Source of the DNA: Lama guanicoe | Taxonomy: Eukaryota | Length of the DNA: 64,000 bases | NCBI GenBank assembly: GCA_013239625.1 | Contig: MU054831.1 | Span: 1,761,408 to 1,825,407 of the forward strand | Reading direction: 5' to 3' | Part shown: in pieces, positions 1-12,520 of the stretch | How positions within the stretch are numbered: position 1 is the first letter of the stretch | Layout: every line of letters begins with the position of its first letter | Position numbers and translations under genes: made by a program | The notes under the pieces: generated by a model | Database searches by the model: none | Told to the model about the DNA's origin: nothing | What the model saw: only the letters and a program-made list of their open reading frames with translations

Positions 1-3000
1 ACAAAGATGTGATTTTTAAGAAAATTCTGGAAACTTGAAGAAACTACGAAAACTCTAGAGAACTTATCCAAACTAACAACAACAAAAAAAGTGAGGTTTG
101 ACTTTAAAAGCCACGGATTCCCAAATCTTACTGAGTGTTTGGCCACCACACTGTCAAAGGGGTTATCTTGACCCTCCTTGACTTCTGGAGCGGGAACCCT
201 TTGAAGTCAGCTGGTGTCTGAGACTCCTGTGGCCTCGGGCACGTGGTGGTGTCTTGTCTGGCTGGCTTTGGGGAGGGGGAGGGGAGTTGCGAAGCAAGTG
301 CAGACAGAAGACTGCCTGTGGCGTCGGGGGCTGCAGTCTCCCCACCGCAGCACTGGCACCGGGGGCTGTTGATTTCTGTAGTAAGTAGAGCCCCCAGCCC
401 CGTGACAAAGCCTCACTTGTGACGCTTCTCACTCGGTCCTCCTTTGTGTGTGTTCCCTGTGAAGCTGGGGTTTGGGGTTTGGGCCTGCTCAGTGCCGGGA
501 GGGAGAGGACTTCGGTTTGCTGGCTCAGGGGCCAGGCCGTTCCCGCGCCGCGCTGGGGCCCGCAGGCGTGGAGACTGGCCCCGGGTGATGAGCTGCACCC
601 TGGGCTGCAGGCCACTTGCTTTACCCCCGCCCCCAGCACTGGTCCTCTCCCACCAGACTGTGCGCGCCCTCCGGCAGCGCCAGTGCCTGGGCAGGTGCCG
701 GGAGCAGCACGTGGCACACACAGCATTGTGTCTTTGTCCCATTTCTCTCCTCCTCCCCCGTTACAGAGAGCGCCCCTCCTGCCTGCCCACGTTGCGCTCC
801 GTGTTAGGAGAAGCGTGTGTGGGATCAGGACTGGGCCCAGCTGAGTTACTGCCGGGCCCAGGGCAGCGGGATCTGCCTGCCCCCGAGTGGCCTGGAGCAG
901 GTGGCTCGTCCTCTGAGCCTGGGCTGCCTCTCTGGTGTCACATGGCTGCTCAGCTGGCAGCAGTGGCCTCAGGGGACCGGGAGGCTGGCAGGCGTCGTCC
1001 AGCACACGGGAGGGCTCCACTGGGCTCTCCATCCGTCTTCTGTTTCATTGTGCCCGGACTCACTGGTCCACTCCAGTCAACTTGTCCCAGCCCCCGGCTC
1101 TGCTGCTTCCTCCTGGCCCCCCAACCCCCCACCAGCCCAGAAGCCTGTGTGACGGCCCCCCCAGGACTCTGGTTTTTAAAACGAAGCAAAACCAGCCTGT
1201 GTGGTGGAGAAAAGCGTGACAACAGACGTGCTCGGGGTTGTGCTGCATCGCCTCTCGGAGGACTCGCACCTGCCTGGGCGTTTCCCTGAACGCCATGTTT
1301 TATAGACTTGGAGGCATGTCTGCCCTTCGCGACGTTGCGCACCCAGACCTGCTTCATGTTTAATGCTGACACATCCGTCTTTAACACTGAGCCTGGCCGA
1401 CAAGCCTTGGCCCCCAGAGAGCGGACTCACGGTGGCGAGCCCTGGCCTCCCGCCGGCAGCTGCGCAGGTGCGCGCGTGGATGGGATTTCTGTCCACAGGA
1501 GCCTCCGGAGCTCAGCCTGCCGGGCGGTGCCGCCCCCAGAACACGGGCCATGGACCCCACTCCGGAGAGGAGACTGAGCTGCTGCTTCAGAGCCTAGGGC
1601 CTGTCGCCTGGCCCGATTCCCGTCCACTGCCCCTGCTTCTCGGTTCTGATGAGTCCAGGAAGGAGAGAATTCCCCAGGTCGTCCTTAATGGGATAAAGTT
1701 TTGGATTTGGTGCCTTGGGATGGTGTTTCCCGAGGAAAGGCAAGCCAGGCTCCCGTGTTTCTGCCTCCTGTAACAGATCCAGCCCCGGTCCCGCGTCAGT
1801 CCCCGTGTCGCTCCCTGTCTTTGGCCTTAACAGTTGATTGCGAGGCCCAGATTCTGGGAGCCGTGTGGCTCCTGCAGCCTCGCCTCCGCCGGTGACGGTG
1901 ACACCGCTCTCGCCATGCCCCCTGGGCTTCCGAGTGCGCCAGGCGCGGGGGCTGGCTGGTTTGGAGAGAAGGGACACTCACCCCTGCTCCTGTCCTCACT
2001 TCTCGGGCCGCTTCTCGATTCCGCCTCTCCGCCTTCCTCCTGTCTCCTTCCTTGGTTTCCCTGGCTTTTTCACTCAGCAGGGAGAGCTGTCTGGAGCCTG
2101 GAAACACCTCTCCTGCCGGATCCCGAGGCCTGGGCGCCTTCCGCCGAGGTCCGCCTTCCGCCCTAATCGCTGCCTGGTGGCAGGTCTGCGCTTCGCTCCG
2201 GACCTCAGTGCTGGTGGCCTCCTTCCCCCTGGGGCAGTGGGTTCCCACCACGGCCGTGTTGTCGGGGCTCCGCCTCCCGTGATGCCAGGCTTTCTGGCCC
2301 GTCTAGTGACCCTGCCGTCTTTGTCACAGGGCATCCTGGCAGCCAGGGCTCCCCGCCCTGCTCTCGCACATCTCCCTGGGGCTAGTCAGCTCTGTGACTT
2401 GCTGGGAGGCGTGGCCAGGCCGCCCGCATCCTGGGGAGGAAGATGGGTCGGGGCCCCTTCAGCTGTGGGGCCGGGGTCAGGTGACTGTGCTCCTGAGCAG
2501 GTCCTTCTCCTGCGTCGGGGGCCCTCGAGCTGAGGCTCTCAGCCCCACGAGGCTCTGATTCGGTTTCTTGTAACTGATGAGGCAGGTGCCTGTTAACCAC
2601 CCGTGTCTTTTCTGACTCCCAGAACTTGGTTCTCCCTCATTTGTGTTTTCTCTGCAATTCGGTTGGTGTGAGTTAATAAAAAAAAATCCACATCTGCCGA
2701 CCCCGAGTGTCCTCATGCGGGACTGGAAGGTGGTTATTAGGCAGAAAAACCGGCTTTTCCCCAACTCAGGATTTTGCTCTGCTGTGCACCAGACGCGGCA
2801 CTGATGCGGGAAGGTGTTGGTGCATGAGGACCCCACTTGCAGAAGAAGCACTTTCTGTCTTTTTCTCTCTTCCATTACCAGCCTCTGGTTCTGTACTCAG
2901 GGCTGTGGCATGTGCACGTGGTGTATCCGGAGTCTGCAAACCCCTTCAAAGTGTCTAGAAGCACATTCGGCCAGGGTCCGGGGGCCACGCTTGTTACCTC

Positions 3001-3789
3001 TGGTCTGTGTTCCGTGGTTTGACTGAGAACACGGTCACAGTTTAACACCCGGTAACACTTCAGCCCCACTGCCAGCCTGCCCTCTGGGAGGATGAAGTGC
3101 TGTCTTTGAGGAGGGTTTCCATTTCTGGAGTCTCTCAGCATTGTGTACCGTCCGGGCCCAGGCCCTCCGGCTTGCTAGTGGCCTGGGTTCTGAGCACTCC
3201 AGCGGGCCCAGGGTTGGACCAGGGTCCTTGGGTAGTGGGTGCCCAGCGGGACAGACGGGCAGAAGCAGAGGAGGCTCACCGGTGGTTCAGGAGCCCGAGG
3301 GGAAGGGGCTGGCGCTCCTTTTGGTCCCACAAATGCCCACTGAGCACCCGGTGTGTGGCCAGCCTCGGGAGGCCCGTGGTGCGGGGGGAGCCGCCGTGTC
3401 CCGCAGGTGTCCTCGTCCACCTTTCCCCGAGCCACCCCCACCCAGTGTTTCCGGGGGGACGCGGGGAACATGCAGACCCCGTGTCGCCGGGGCAGGGAGC
3501 ACGCTGTCGGTCTTGTCGGTCGAAGTCTGAAACCGTGCCTGTTTCATCAGCTCTGGTGACACTCCTGTGCGTCTAGTTTCTGCTCCATTCGCTCCTGTTC
3601 TTTATTCTGCCTTCAGGGGGTGGCTTAGTGTTCTTGTTCTAAATGCTTGGGTTGGACATTCAGCACATTAACCTTTGCCCTTCCTTCCTTTTGACGGAAG
3701 CGTGTGAGGCCCCGTGTTTCTCTGGTACCACTGGAGCTGCCTTGCTGAGCTCTGGTTGGTGGTGGTCAAGTTCTAGGTTAGAGCAGTTA

Positions 3790-4075
3790 ATTTGTAGCCT
3801 CTTTAAAATGTGTTCCCTGCTTCTTTTTTCTTTGAAAAAATGAGATGTTTAGAAGTGTTTTTCACCTGAAAGTACGAGGTTTTTCACGTCATCTTTTTGT
3901 TACTGATTTTTGTTACACGGTGTTGTGGCTAGAAATTTCTGAGCCTTTGACCTTTTTTGAGACTTGCCGTATGGTCAGTTTTTATGACTCGCCCACGTGG
4001 ACTTTAGAAGAGTTATATTCACTACTTGTGGGGGCAGGAGTCCAGATACGCTCATGAAGGCAAGCTTGGGGGTAG
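3790..4075 (-). mobile_element. Old L1 (L1M-type) internal fragment
   Basis: AT-rich segment resembling antisense L1 (gtttagaagtgttttt…gagacttgcc…gttatattcactacttgtgggg). Boundaries approximate. Confidence 0.55.
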
Positions 4076-4239
4076 AGAATTAGCTAGGACATTGGAAGGT
4101 GCCAGAAGGTGATGAATGCTGTCGAGAAAAAGTAGCAACTGAGGACAGACAAGTTAAGTTCCCTGTGGGGTGGGTGTCTGCGGCGCTAAATCACGTGGTC
4201 CAGGATGGCCTCGGGCTCCGTCCACAGTGACTGGGCTTC

Positions 4240-4960
4240 CGGTGCCAATCACTGCTGTTGGCACCTGGGATTCGCATGTTGATGGAAAAGCCAAGATGCC
4301 TGTGTTTGTGGAGCTCATATTATACTGGGGTAGGAGAGGACCGGCAGTAACTACAGTTAGTAAACTGTGTGGTGAGGAAGGGGCTCCGCAGTGGAGAGGC
4401 TGGTGATCTTCCAGGCGGGGTCGGGTCGGCCTGGCGGGGGGAGGTGGTGGGGGCAGACAGCTGATGGAGAAGGAATCTGGCGGGGGGGACTGGCGGGGGG
4501 AGAGCGCAGAGGTGCAAGGTGGGCGAGCCGGGCACCTGTCAGGTCAGGAGGGGGGGGGGAGAGACAGGGGAGGAGAACCTGCCTCCCTGGGCTGCTCCTG
4601 TCACCTGTGGTAGAGGAGGGACACCACCATCACTGAGCCGCAGGGAATGACCGCGGTGGCCCCTGGGTGGGGGCAGGGGCCTGGCTCAGCCGGCGTAGGG
4701 ACGGCGGCCGTGGTGGCGTGTTCAGATCTAGATGTATTTGGAAGCAGGTGGGATCTACCAAGGTGGTGGGTGGGCAGTGAAGGAGGCAGAGGAGTGGAGA
4801 GTTACTCCAGGGTGGCGGCTTTGAGCATCCTGGTGGTGGAGATGCTGTGAATTGAGGTGGGGAAGGGGGGCGAAGCCGGCCTGGGGAAAGGTGAGGGCCA
4901 GTGTTGGACGTGTGGGTAGTGGCAAAGTCAGGCTCTGAGCCCAGCGCAGGAGGGTGAGCA
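4240..4960 (-). mobile_element. L2 LINE remnant
   Basis: L2-like motifs ggcacctgggattcgc…atgcctg…tggagctcatattatactgggg and gatctagatgtatttggaag…ttactccagggtggcggctttgagc. Confidence 0.6.
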
Positions 4961-6019
4961 GTATGGACATGCGATCTCCCGGGGCTGGGGCAGGGGGCTC
5001 TCCGCGCACCGTGTATTTATCCTGCATGGTGTTTGTAACAGTTTCATAGGCAGCGTTTGCAGGGTTTCCAGCACATCCACCAGGTGATGCTCGCAGTGTA
5101 GAGTCATCCAAACCAGGGTCCTTGCTTTGTGGTGAGCATGTGTCCCCACGCAGGAGCAGGCTGCCCGCCGCCTTAAGTGGGAGAGCTCAGGGTCACCACG
5201 CTGGATCGCTGCTGGTGGCCGCAGTGATGGCAGGAATGATGATAACAGGTCATTTTTCCTTCACCCCACAACCTGTGTGAGCAGCTGCAGGAGGAACCCC
5301 ATTTCCCAGCTTCCCTGCACATAGACCCGGTGGGTGGATCTTTGACTAGCGTCCCAGGTTCACACTAAAGTCTGAACCTAACCTGCCCTCAACACACTCT
5401 AAAATCCCACATTTCCAATGGCCTGTTGGATTGCCCGTCTCCCCCCTGCCCCTGTCCCCATTGGCCCACAGAGCCCCTGAAGGAGGCTACCTTCCTTGCT
5501 GGGCATTTGAGGCCCAGCTCAGGCATGCTGGTTTCCAGAAAGCCCAGGGGGGAGCGCTCATGGCTGCCAGGAGGCCTGCCTCCCTCCCCGCCCCGTGCCC
5601 GAGGAGGCTGGCTCGCCCCGAGGAGTGCAGCCCTGCCTCAGGCGCCCCCTGCTGCCCTCCCTCCTCCTCCGCCAAGTGGAAGAAACACCTTCTATTTTTA
5701 AATATTTCAACTGTTACTCTTAAGTAACACCGGTTCCTACTGCAGCCCCGCTGTTGGGTGAGATACAGAGCCAAACGTTTGGAGGTTGCCGAGAAGGAAG
5801 CTCTGAAATGCGTTCTTCTGTTACGTAAACTTGACCTCGTGTAACTGAAATGGCAAAGACTGAACCGCAGAGCAGGTTCGTGCAACTGTTTTTAATTTTC
5901 AGATGAAGTGTTTTTATCCACTGGGTGTAGGGCACTCAGAATGGCTTTCAGAGCGTAACTAGCGGTTGCTGCTGGGGTGAGGGCGGTGGGGCTGCGAGGG
6001 CACAGGGGCTCCAGGAGGT

Positions 6020-6148
6020 GTGGCTGGATTTGAATCCAGGTGTCATCCTGCTGATCCGCTGAGAACTCTCCAGCCTGGGGTCCCCCTCTGTGTGCCCTGT
6101 CACCCTGGGGCCACAGTGTGGGACTGCGGGGAGTAAAGGAGATAATAC
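6020..6148 (+). mobile_element. MIR SINE remnant, interrupted by L1; its tail resumes near 6899-6915
   Basis: ctggatttgaatccagg…gggagtaaaggagataatac, then taagtgctcagcgatc after the L1. Confidence 0.55.
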
Positions 6149-6163
6149 AAGGGAGGCACTTCT

Positions 6164-6883
6164 ATTCTTTTTTATTTTTTAGGGTTCTTCAAAGTTTATT
6201 CATTTTAAACTTTATTTTGCATTGACATGCAGTTGATTTACAGTGTTCGTTTCAGGTGTGCAGCAAAGCGATTTAGTTGTACAGATACTTTACATACATA
6301 CGTATTTTTTCAGATTCTTTTCTGAAAACTATAGGTTATTACAAGAAATTGAACACAGTTCCCTGTGCTGTACAGTAGGTCCTAGTTGTTTACCTATTTT
6401 ATACATAGTAGTGTGTATCTGTTAATTCCAAACTCCTAATTTATCCCTCCCTCCCCACTTTCCCCCTAGTAACCAGAAATTTATTTTCTGTGTCTGAGAG
6501 TCTCTTTCTGTTTTGTAAATAAGTTCATTTGTCTCAATTTTTTAGATTCCACATGTAAGTGATATCATATGGTATTTGTCTCTCTCTGTCTGGCTTACTT
6601 CACGTAGAATGACGATCTCTAGGTCCATCCATGTTGCAGCAAATGGCATTATTTTATTATTTTTTATAGCTGAGTAGTATTCCATTACATAAATATGCCA
6701 CAACTTCTTTATCCAGTCCTCTGTCAGTGGGCGTTTAGGCTGTTTCCATGTCTCGTATTATATAAGTAGTGCTCCTGTGGACGCTGGGGTGCAGGTGATT
6801 TTCTGAATTACAGTTTCCTCCAGATATATTCCCAGGGGAGGGACTGCTGGGTCACATGGTGGGTCTAGTGTTTTGAGGAATCT
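6164..6883 (-). mobile_element. 5'-truncated L1 (3' UTR and ORF2 end, cetartiodactyl-type) with target-site duplication
   Basis: Poly-T head and typical L1 3' sequence (gattccacatgtaagtgatatcatatggtatttgtc…tccatccatgttgcagcaaatggc). TSD aagggaggcactt (6149-6161) versus aagagaggctctt (6884-6896). Confidence 0.9.
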
Positions 6884-7159
6884 AAGAGAGGCTCTTTTAA
6901 TAAGTGCTCAGCGATCAACCTTTGGCGGTTTTGTTGTTGTTTCTGCTCCATTGCCTTTGCATTGTAACTGTATAATCTTAGAGTTCTTATCCTGTTTGTA
7001 ACATTATGACACCTGTTGGTGAGATGATGACAGCAGAGTCTTGGATGGGTTGCTCTGTCGAGCGCTCTTCCTGGAGGTCACGTTTGCCTTTGGTGGCTGC
7101 CTTTCCATGTGAGAACTTAGAGCACGTCTCACTGTTGTTTGCACTGGGCAGGCCTGCTT

Positions 7160-7179
7160 CTATTTATAGTTTCCCGGAA
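7160..7179. promoter_or_regulatory. MEF2 consensus CTATTTATAG followed 1 bp later by GAS/STAT TTCCCGGAA
   Basis: Motif matches only. Confidence 0.45.
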
Positions 7180-7949
7180 GCAGATTTGTGCACTTCTTGG
7201 AAGCCAAGTTCCCAACTGCCTGCCAGGTTTTTATTTACAGCTCTTGCTCAATTTGAGCTTGCAAATATTTCCAGAAGACAGTTTTTCTTCTTGGGGGATC
7301 CAGAGCAAATTAGAAACATTCAAAGGATTTTCTAAAGCGCTTTAAGGAGAGTTCTGAAACAGGGAGGGGGGAAGGGGAGCCAACACTGGCTTCATCGCAA
7401 AGTCACAGAGCACAGAAGGGCAGACGGTTTTGCCGCCTGCAGACAGAACCCTGGCCGGGGGGCCAGTGCACAGGGGTTTACGTGCACTGGATTCCACGGC
7501 AATAGCATCACCAGCTTCGGGAAGGCCAGGACAACTGCAGGGAGATGCTGGCTCTGCTTCCGAACCAGAATCCACGTGGCCGGTGGCGTCCTCTGGAACC
7601 GCCTGGATCGGAGGGGTTTCGGAGGGCTGCCCCAGTACAGCCACGCTGGCATTTAGGTCATTTTATTTTCGGGAGAATTGGACTGGGAATGCTTCTGCGT
7701 TGCTGACACAGGGCATCGCTCTGAAGAGAAAGCCCTTGCAGCTGTCCGTTAAGGAAAATTTTGTCTCTTGGAAGTTCGTTCTAACAGCTTCAGTAGTTTC
7801 AGTTCGTCCTTTAATAGGATCTTTGGGAAAAAACGTGCACCAGAAGAGAGAAGCCAGGTGGGCGGGTGGGACAGGCAGCCCTCCACCAAGGAAGAGTTTG
7901 GCTGGAAGTGAGATTTTGGAGTCCCCCGCAGATTTCAGGCAGCCCTTTC

Positions 7950-8420
7950 AGGGTCAGCGTGCGTGGAAATAGCTGTTGTGAGGCTTCCCGGACGCCGCGC
8001 TCGGCACGCGCCGCGGCGCAGCTGGGCGGGGGCCAGGGCGGCGGCGGGGACCGCTCCGGGCTGCCGCGCCGCTTCCCGGAATCGCTGCTTAGTTTCTCAC
8101 TTCCTAATGTCACTGAAAGAAATCTGCTTTTCTAAACAATGACCCATTCTTTTCCATCTCTTATCAGTTTAAAGTTGAGACATTTTGCTCTCAAATAACA
8201 ACAAGGATGTTAAGACGTGAAACAGTGTTGCCAGTCATTCAAGCCGGACCCACGGGGTCGCGAGGCTGCTCGCTGACGCTGTGTCGTTTACGACGAAACG
8301 GTTGTTCCGGTTTGTTTTTACCGCGCAGGCTGGTTCCTGAAAGCCGCCTTCAACTGTCACCCCCGCGATTTTGCCCTCCCCCCAGCGGGCACCGCAGGCC
8401 CTGTCCACGTTGCGGGCTTT
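7950..8420. promoter_or_regulatory. Intronic CpG-rich element with GC box, STAT (TTCCCGGAA 8073-8081) and ETS-like motifs
   Basis: Local CpG cluster (ggacgccgcgctcggcacgcgccgcggcgc…gggcggggg) in non-repeat sequence. Confidence 0.45.
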
Positions 8421-8449
8421 ATCAGCCCTGCTGGTTTTCTATTTCCTGA

Positions 8450-9800
8450 ACAGCAAGTCCTTCAGTTTCTTTCCCCTTCACTATCCTCTTCCTCTTTCCT
8501 CTTGAGCAGTGTATGATTTAACTGAGTTCTTTTTCTGACTCTTTGGGTCCAATGCTCAGTTTATTTGTTTCGGTTCCTTTTTTAATTACTTCAGTGCGTA
8601 AGACTATGAATTACACTCTGAGCTCAACTTCACCAGTTCCTGAAATTTTCGGTGTGTGAGGTGTTCCTTCTCTTTATAAATTCTCTCCATTTTCATTTTG
8701 GATTTGGAGTATTTAAGAGAAGAGTGTTCAGTTTTCCTATGGTTGGATTTTTGCTTTTCTTCTTGTTTTATTAATTTCCAATTCTGTCGCAGGGGTTACG
8801 GCCCACGTGTTGTGTGTGTGTGTGTACCAGGACGTTTTCTGTGCCAGTGTGGCATTGACGTTCTGTCAGTGTTTTGTGGAGGTTTGAAAAGGAAGGCACC
8901 AATTCTTTGGCTGTGCAGAGTTTGCAGCACAGCTCAGCTGAAGTGTTGGTCGTATTGTTCAGACCCTGCACGAGCGTGTGTCACAAGCGTGCCACGGCAA
9001 GTTCATACCCACCGCCAGCTCCGCCTCTCTGGTCGGTTCTTCTTCTGCATTCTCTGTGTTCTGTCTTTTGCCAAAAGGTGCACATCTCCAGGACACACTT
9101 GTCTCGTGGTAAATTGTGAACCTGATGCACACGTGAAATGGGCCTTATCAGTGTCTGGCATTTGTTTAGGTTTAATCTCTGTGATGCTGATCTTCTGACC
9201 TCAGATTTCTTCCAGTTGCTATTAGCCCGTTGTGTTCTGGGCGTTGTCTATGTGGACGACACATTGTTTAGTTTTTTTTTTTTTTCACTGAATCTGACCA
9301 TTTTTGTGCGAGTAGATGCCGTTTGCATTCAGCGACACAACGGATCTACTTATTTCTACGCTTTTCATCCAGTTTTCATGTCCTGGCTTCTATGCTGAAA
9401 GCTTCTGGCTTTGCTTCTCATTCGTGGGTTTTCTGGCCTTTTCTTTGGGTCCGTGTGAGAAGGTGTGTTGTCCTGGTCACTCGGAAGGCTGTGTCCTCTC
9501 TCCAGACCTCATCACAAGACAACTTAAAAGCGCGTGTACTTAGCTAAACGACTGCTTCTTGCTCTGGCGGCTGTAGGCAGCGTTTGTGGACACCCCACGA
9601 GAGACTGGATTGCTGCCAGCGCACTGTCACTTCTCCGGCCTCTTTTCTCGTTTTCACTTTCTGAGTTTGTCAGTCACAGTGTTGTTTTTAGTTCTGGGGG
9701 TTCTCTTTATAGCATGTAAATCGTATACTTACCATCCTCCATTTACTGACTTATTAACCTTAAAATGCTGCTGGTGTATCACTAGGAAAAGCAAGAAAAT
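8450..9800 (-). mobile_element. Highly decayed L1 fragments
   Basis: T-rich, low-CpG stretch with antisense-L1-like wording. Family uncertain. Confidence 0.35.
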
Positions 9801-11575
9801 GAATACAGTAAGTTTTTCCCCTACATCTTGGTTTGTTCTATTACTTTCCTTTTAAGATGCAAGGAGTTTTAGGTTAACTTCAAGGTGTCTAAAATTAAGG
9901 TACAAAGCTCCCATCGGTTTGGTCCTCACTGAAGGGAGTACAGGATCCCTCGCTCTTCCAAGTGATGCTGCCGCCTCCTGGAGGCCCTCCACCTGCGGGC
10001 GCTGGGCTTGGCTCTGCCACCAGGGCCCCCGCACAGGCACGTTCTGCCCCCTGCTCTGAGGCCGGTGACCTTGGCTGAGGACACACCTGGTCTCTGCTGT
10101 GGCCCTGGGGCCGTAGAGTGTCTGGTGGTTGCCCCCAAGTCCTCAGGGTGGCCGAGGGGGTTCTGTTTTTACAAGGAGAGGGTTCAGTGATTCACCCTCG
10201 GGGATTAGATGCTGGGAGGAGGGAACATGACATGAAACCAAATCCTTGTTGAAGCACGTCTCTTGCTGCCTACTTGTCTTCTGCCAAACCAGGGACTGTG
10301 GCATTTAGAAGCTGTTGAAGATCTGGGTGCCCAGTTCCTTCACGTGCGGTTCCGCACCTGCCGAGGGGACGCCGAGCGAGGCAGGTGGAGGGCAGGGTGG
10401 CCGCCTTCCCACGGGCGGCGCCGACATCAGGAGGTGTCGCTTCTCTCCGGGGCAGTGCTGTCCAAGTGCTGAGCTCCCAGGGGGGATGGTCGCGGCCGGG
10501 GCCCTCCAGGCTGCCTCCTCCTGGGGCGGGGGCTGCTGTGATGCAGCCCTTTCTCACCTGGGCCCCGGTCGGAGCAGGTCATCCCGAGGGGACTGTGTTT
10601 GAGGGCAGGACGAAGACGGTGTCACGCTGGGACACATCACCCCGGAGGGAGACCTGCGGACTCTGTGTTTCCTAAAGGACACTGCGTACAAAGGGAAGCT
10701 GCCACATGCTCACACCATGAATGTTCAGCCTAGCACAAAATTTAAAAACCAGAGTAGGCAAGCCTGCCCTCCTGGGACGGGCTGACCCCTCGGGGGCTAG
10801 GGCACGGCCAGGGTGGCTGTTAGGGCACCGCGTCCGGGCGCCCGTGGCAAGCAGAGGTGAGTGCCCGGCAGACGGCAGTGTCCTCATGTTCTCAGGGCCA
10901 TGGGGTTAAAACCCCGTCCTCCAGAGCCCTTGTGTGTGGGAAACTTTCCAACTTTCCTTTTTCTTTCTTCCTCTAGGAAAATAAATGAGGACATTCCATT
11001 TTTGTTCTTGAATGGAATTTCCACTATAAATATTACATATGTATGTACGTGTGTGTATGTCTCTCAACATATATGTCTATTTTTGCCTTCAGTGAGATGG
11101 GAAATGTTCGCAGGATTGCCAGGGTGACACTGTGCGCATTACGGTGCTAACTAAAGTGTACACACTATGCAGAGGGTAAGCTTACATTACTTCAGAGTTT
11201 ATGTATTTGACCTTTTAAACAGTTAGAGTTGTGTATTTAAAATAAACCAGGTGTGTGATACGGAATTACTATCACTTTTATGAGTGGAGTCAAAGGTACA
11301 AATATTTATTGAGGGATTTCCGTGCATGTCCCCAGACCGCTTTCCAGAGAGGAAAAGCCCCACTTTTATTTATTCACGGTGACGTCTGATGACCCGAGGG
11401 CTGCGGACTCTGACCGCCGGCCGGCCAGCCGGTGCTCCGGCTGCCGAGGGTGGCTGGGCTGGCCTGGGGCTCTTGTTCTCGTTCTGCTGGTTGGTGGGAC
11501 AGGGGCAAGGAGACCTGGAGAGAGCGCTGGCAGTTTCTGCGGAGGTGCCTCCTGGTGTCCCTGCCCTCAGTGCTG

Positions 11576-11708
11576 TTTATTTTCGTTTTGTTTTGGAGGA
11601 AGGTACTTAGGTTTATTCATTTACTTACTTAATGGCGGTGTTGGGGTTGACCCCAGGACCTCGTGCATGCTAAGCACGCGCTCTACCCCTGAGCTACACC
11701 CCCACCCC
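11576..11708 (-). mobile_element. tRNA-derived SINE, camelid Vic-1-like
   Basis: Reverse complement reads GGGGGTGTAGCTCAGGGGTAGAGCGCGTGCTTAGCATGCACGAGGTCCTGGGGTCAACCCC (A/B boxes), then …AATAAACCTAAGTACCTTCCTCC and an A-rich tail. Confidence 0.85.
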
Positions 11709-11959
11709 GTTCGGTGTTACTGATGCAGAGACAGAAGAGTGGGTCCAGGTGGCTGGCACTTCCTCTCTCTGCTCCCTGCACGCCACCCACCTTGAGCCCT
11801 CACCCCCTCCAGACTCCATGAGGTTGACGTTGGTGTTCAGCACTGTCCACCACTCGTTTCCTGGTGAGACGAGCTGGTGTCCCCCTCCTGGTCGGTCCAC
11901 AGCATCTTACAGGTAGCTAGCTTTCCCTGGTTACCAGCAGTCTCTATTTTCATGTCACC

Positions 11960-12520
11960 AGTAGGTCCCCTTATTGCCAGAAGTCACACTGCCACGTCCC
12001 AGTTGTCATCTTGGTGGCCTCTCACCAGCATTGACCCAACAGACCACCCTCTTCTAGAAGCTCCTTGTCCCGGGATCGAACAGTCCCGGTACCTGCCCGC
12101 TGCCCCAGTCACTTGTCATCAGGCCCCTGGACAGGTTTTCATCTGTCCTGTGTCTCAGTGTTGGGGACACAGGCTCATCTTCTGATGGCTCCTCATCCTT
12201 GTTGATTCGTTCCTCATCCTTGTTGATCCCACTGGTTCCATCCCATCCTAGGTCAGAGGACCATCCTGACACAGCTGCCATTCAGATGTCCAGCTCCAGC
12301 CGATCCCAGGGCCAGCTGCGAGTTCTGGATCCCCACCTGGGTGTTAACAGGCATCTCAAGACTGGATGTGTCTGGAACCAGACTCTTCATCTTCCCCCGA
12401 AAACCTGCTTCCCCCATGCCTTCGCCTGGACTCAGTGGTTCCTCCACCTTCAGAAGCCCCCATCACCCTGCGTCCTCTTTCTTTCGTGTCCCACATTCAG
12501 CCCGGTCTGCAGCACCTCAG
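11960..12520 (+). mobile_element. L2 LINE remnant
   Basis: ccacctgggtgttaacaggcatctcaagactggatgtgtctggaaccagactcttcatcttcccccgaaaacctgcttc matches L2 3'-region wording. Confidence 0.75.
12190..12227. repeat. Direct repeat tcctcatccttgttgat x2 (period 21)
   Basis: Copies at 12190-12206 and 12211-12227. Confidence 0.9.

Noticed and set aside
7006-7024. ATG ACA CCT GTT G|gtgaga: phase-1 mini first exon compatible with exon 4
   Set aside because: Its upstream region is L1/MIR with no promoter-like features, and such a short match is likely by chance.
11640-11708. Possible tRNA-Ala gene
   Set aside because: It has a degenerate B box and acceptor stem, plus a SINE body and A-rich tail, so it is a SINE.
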